64,000 nucleotides of DNA. Origin: Pecten maximus (lineage: Eukaryota). The notes beneath the pieces are model-generated. The model saw only the letters and a list, made by a program, of their open reading frames with translations. It was not told where the DNA came from and ran no database searches. How positions within the stretch are numbered: the first letter of the stretch is position 1; each line of letters opens with the position of its first letter. This document shows, piece after piece, positions 61,230 to 64,000 of the stretch. The translations under genes and the position numbers were made by a program. The stretch covers positions 33,108,001-33,172,000 of the forward strand of contig NC_047020.1 in NCBI RefSeq assembly GCF_902652985.1, read 5' to 3'.

Positions 61230-62015
61230 ATTATACTCTCAGACTCTCCCAGGTTAAAATACTCTAAAACTAGCCAATGTTAAAATGTAGTTATTATACT
61301 GTATACACCCAGACTATAGCACAGGTTAAAATTTAGTTATTATACTGTATACACTTAACTAGTTGAGGCTAAAATTTAGTTTTAATACTGTATACTCACA
61401 AACCAGTTAAGGTTAAAATGAAGTTATACTGTATACTCTCAGACTAGGTAAGGTTAAAATTTAGTTATCATACCGTATACACTTAAACTAGTTAAGGTTA
61501 AAATGTAGTTATACCACTGTATATTCTCAAACTAGTTAAGGTTAAAATGTAGTTATAATACTGTATAGTCTCAAACTTGTTAAGGTTAAAATGTGGTTAT
61601 AACACTGTAAACTCTCAAACTAGTCAAGGTATAAATGTAGTAGTAATACTGTATACTCTCAAACTAGTTAAGGTTGAAATATAGTTATCATATTGTATAC
61701 ACTCAAACTAGCCAATTTTAAAATGTAGTTATTATACTGTATACATGTAAACTAGCCAATGTTAAAATTTAGTTTTAATACTGTAAATTCTCAAACCAGT
61801 TAAGGTTAAAATGAGGTTATTATACTGTATACTGTAAACTCTCAGACTAGTTAAGGTTAAAATGTAGCTATTATACTGTCTACTCTCAATCTAGTCAAGG
61901 AACAAATGTAGTTACAATACTGTATACTCTCAGACTAATTAAAGTTAAAACGAAGTTATAATACTGTATACTATCAGACTAGATAAGGTTAAAATGTAGT
62001 TACTGTATACTATCA
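61230..62015. repeat. ~45-bp AT-rich minisatellite, ~17 copies
   Basis: Unit TATACTGTATACTCTCAAACTAGTTAAGGTTAAAATGTAGTTAT. Confidence 0.9.
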
Positions 62016-62791
62016 AATGATAGTTTATAACTTCCAAGTTGTATTTATCTGAAACAACTTTGCCACAGCATGTTATATATGCAACAAATGTAACACAACT
62101 TATGATTCTACTGTGCAATCATGTGTGTTTCCACTAACGTAACAGATAAAAAAGGGGTAGGTAGGTAGGGATTTTTTTTCAAATGTTTTTTACTAAGGTT
62201 ATATAGGCAAGCAATCTTGGCTTTGGTAGTCCTTTCTTGAAAATGGCAAACAAATTTATATATATAAAAAAAAAAAAAAAATCAGGGTACTGAAGTAGGC
62301 ACAAAAATATAGCTTAGGTAATGTTAGCTGTAACACACGTCGTATTATGGTATACCCTGCGCTGTATGTCCGTCCGTTAACTTTTCATTGTTAGTGTGTA
62401 TTACGGAATGTTGTAATTATTTTATGCAGTGTTATGCCCCTTTTATTGTTCAATATGGGCATTGTGTAGAAAATGCAAATGTATTCTTTTTAATTTTTTT
62501 TTGTTCAATTTCTCTTAGATTTTGTACAATACAACCAGAGACCTATATTGATTTATATAGGTCTCTGATAAAACTAGAAGCAATTATGTTTACATATATT
62601 ACAGGTTTTTTGGCTCGTGTTTCAACTATTTGCATTACAGCATTGTATATTTTCTCAGGTAAAGTTCATTTCAGGAATCCAGAATCCAGCACCTAGATCA
62701 CTAGGCCTGATGCTCCAGTATAATAAAAAAAAAAATGCTAATGCATTAAGATAGAATACACAAAATGCTTGTATCAAAATATATGTTCCAG

Positions 62792-63963
62792 AGTGCCCTT
62801 ATCAAGTTTTACGAAGAACAAGGTGGGCAACTTATCACAAACTCCAAGAGAAAAATGGAAAATGATGAAGATGCTGGATCTCATAAGAAGTCAAGGTATA
62901 GAATGATACTGTTAGTTTTAAAGATCAGTCTGAATACCATTACACAGCTAAATATAGTTACATTTACGGGGTGTTATTCTGACGTTTCATAAACATTCTT
63001 ATAAAAGGTTTTTTTCATAAAATAGCATCATTCAATGCTATGCCAGTTAAAAAAAGTTCATAAAATGTCAAAATAATGGGTACTAACATTCATTGTATGC
63101 ATATAATCTGATTTGCATTCAATAATACCTTACAGAGAAGAGGAGTCTGACCCAGAACCACATAGGATTCGACTTCTATCTTGGAATATAGATGGACTTG
63201 ACAAAGATGCAATAAAAAGACGGACAAAAGCAGTGTGTGAAATCATCAATAAGTGTGTACATCATGTCATATCTATTTACTTAGTACAAATTATCAGTGT
63301 CAATTTCTGCAGTACTCATTACCGAATGTAAACTTGCTGTGTTAAAACCTTTGAATTTTGTGAGTACCCGGTCATAGTGAAATCCAGTGGCTGATATATA
63401 TGTTGTACCAGTATCACAAACTGATTCTGAATGCTGCCATCATATTAAATAAATCAACCTTATTGTGTTAAATTCATGCATAAGTTATGTTTAACAAAAA
63501 TAACTATGGATGGCTATATTTATTCATAAAAATTAGCCTTTCATGAAACTTCAATAGTATAATATAATGCATATTTCATAAATTATTTTGAATTTATACA
63601 TCATTGTCTAGATATCCATGGTAATTTGTGCTACATTTAGCAAAGTGTAGCACAATCAGCTGTGTGTATCAGACCATGCATATAGATGTGCATACATGTA
63701 TATGAAAGCAAAAAAAATCATAACCAGGTATGATATATTTTTTTTGTAACAGAGAGAACCCCCATGTCGTCTTTCTACAGGAAGTGACAGCTAAGACTCA
63801 ACCAATTTTGGAGTCGAACTGCCCTGCCTACCAGATTATACCTGGGGGAGATGAGCACTATTATACCTGTATGTTAATGAAGGTGGGACAGGTAGAAGTG
63901 ATCCACCACCAAACGCTGCCCTTCCCCAACACATCGATGTCGAGAAACCTCCTACTTGTACAG
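62792..63963 (+). CDS. TDP2: Tyrosyl-DNA phosphodiesterase 2, partial (three internal exons; continues beyond the window)
   Basis: Exons 62792-62895, 63136-63252 and 63753-63963 splice in frame: SALIKFYEE (end of the UBA-like domain), LLSWNIDGLD, PHVVFLQEV, YYTCMLMK, FPNTSMSRNLL. These are characteristic TDP2 EEP motifs. Confidence 0.9.
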
Positions 63964-64000
63964 GTAAGTAATCGTAACCCTTCCCTAACACATTACTGAT

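Noticed and set aside
48718-63963. HIRAN + LINE endonuclease/RT + TDP2 as a co-functional DNA-end-processing cluster
   Set aside because: HIRAN and the LINE sit in independent insertions with their own boundaries, and TDP2 is a conserved host gene. Proximity is most simply coincidence.

Overview
AT-rich eukaryotic DNA with spliced genes. The repeat inventory (V- and Meta-domain-like SINEs, Helentron-type elements with central satellites, TTAA MITEs) suggests a bivalve mollusc, possibly a scallop; this is inference. From left to right: (1) three 8-exon carbonyl reductase (CBR1-like SDR) paralogues, two tandem on + (272-5655, 11965-17689) and a more divergent one on - (27073-19134); (2) nine tRNA-Gly(CCC) genes at 29160-36632, interleaved with a 38-bp minisatellite and built from higher-order duplications; (3) a FASTKD3-like gene on - (47232-40905); (4) a ~2.5 kb TA-flanked, TIR-bounded element with no visible transposase, carrying a stand-alone HIRAN-domain gene that is frameshifted by a 110-bp palindromic insertion; (5) a full-length, intact Tx1/L1-type LINE with a 15-bp TSD (52451-58395); (6) decayed CR1/L2-type fragments and satellites; (7) internal exons of TDP2 running off the right edge. 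Most short ORFs in the supplied track are spurious. The best leads are the HIRAN-cargo element, an AP-1/GCN4-type palindrome upstream of 8 of 9 tRNA genes, a minisatellite born from an exon/splice-donor junction, inverted SINEs bracketing a CBR exon, and a possible peroxisomal signal on the third CBR. All coordinates were read by eye and no database search was run.
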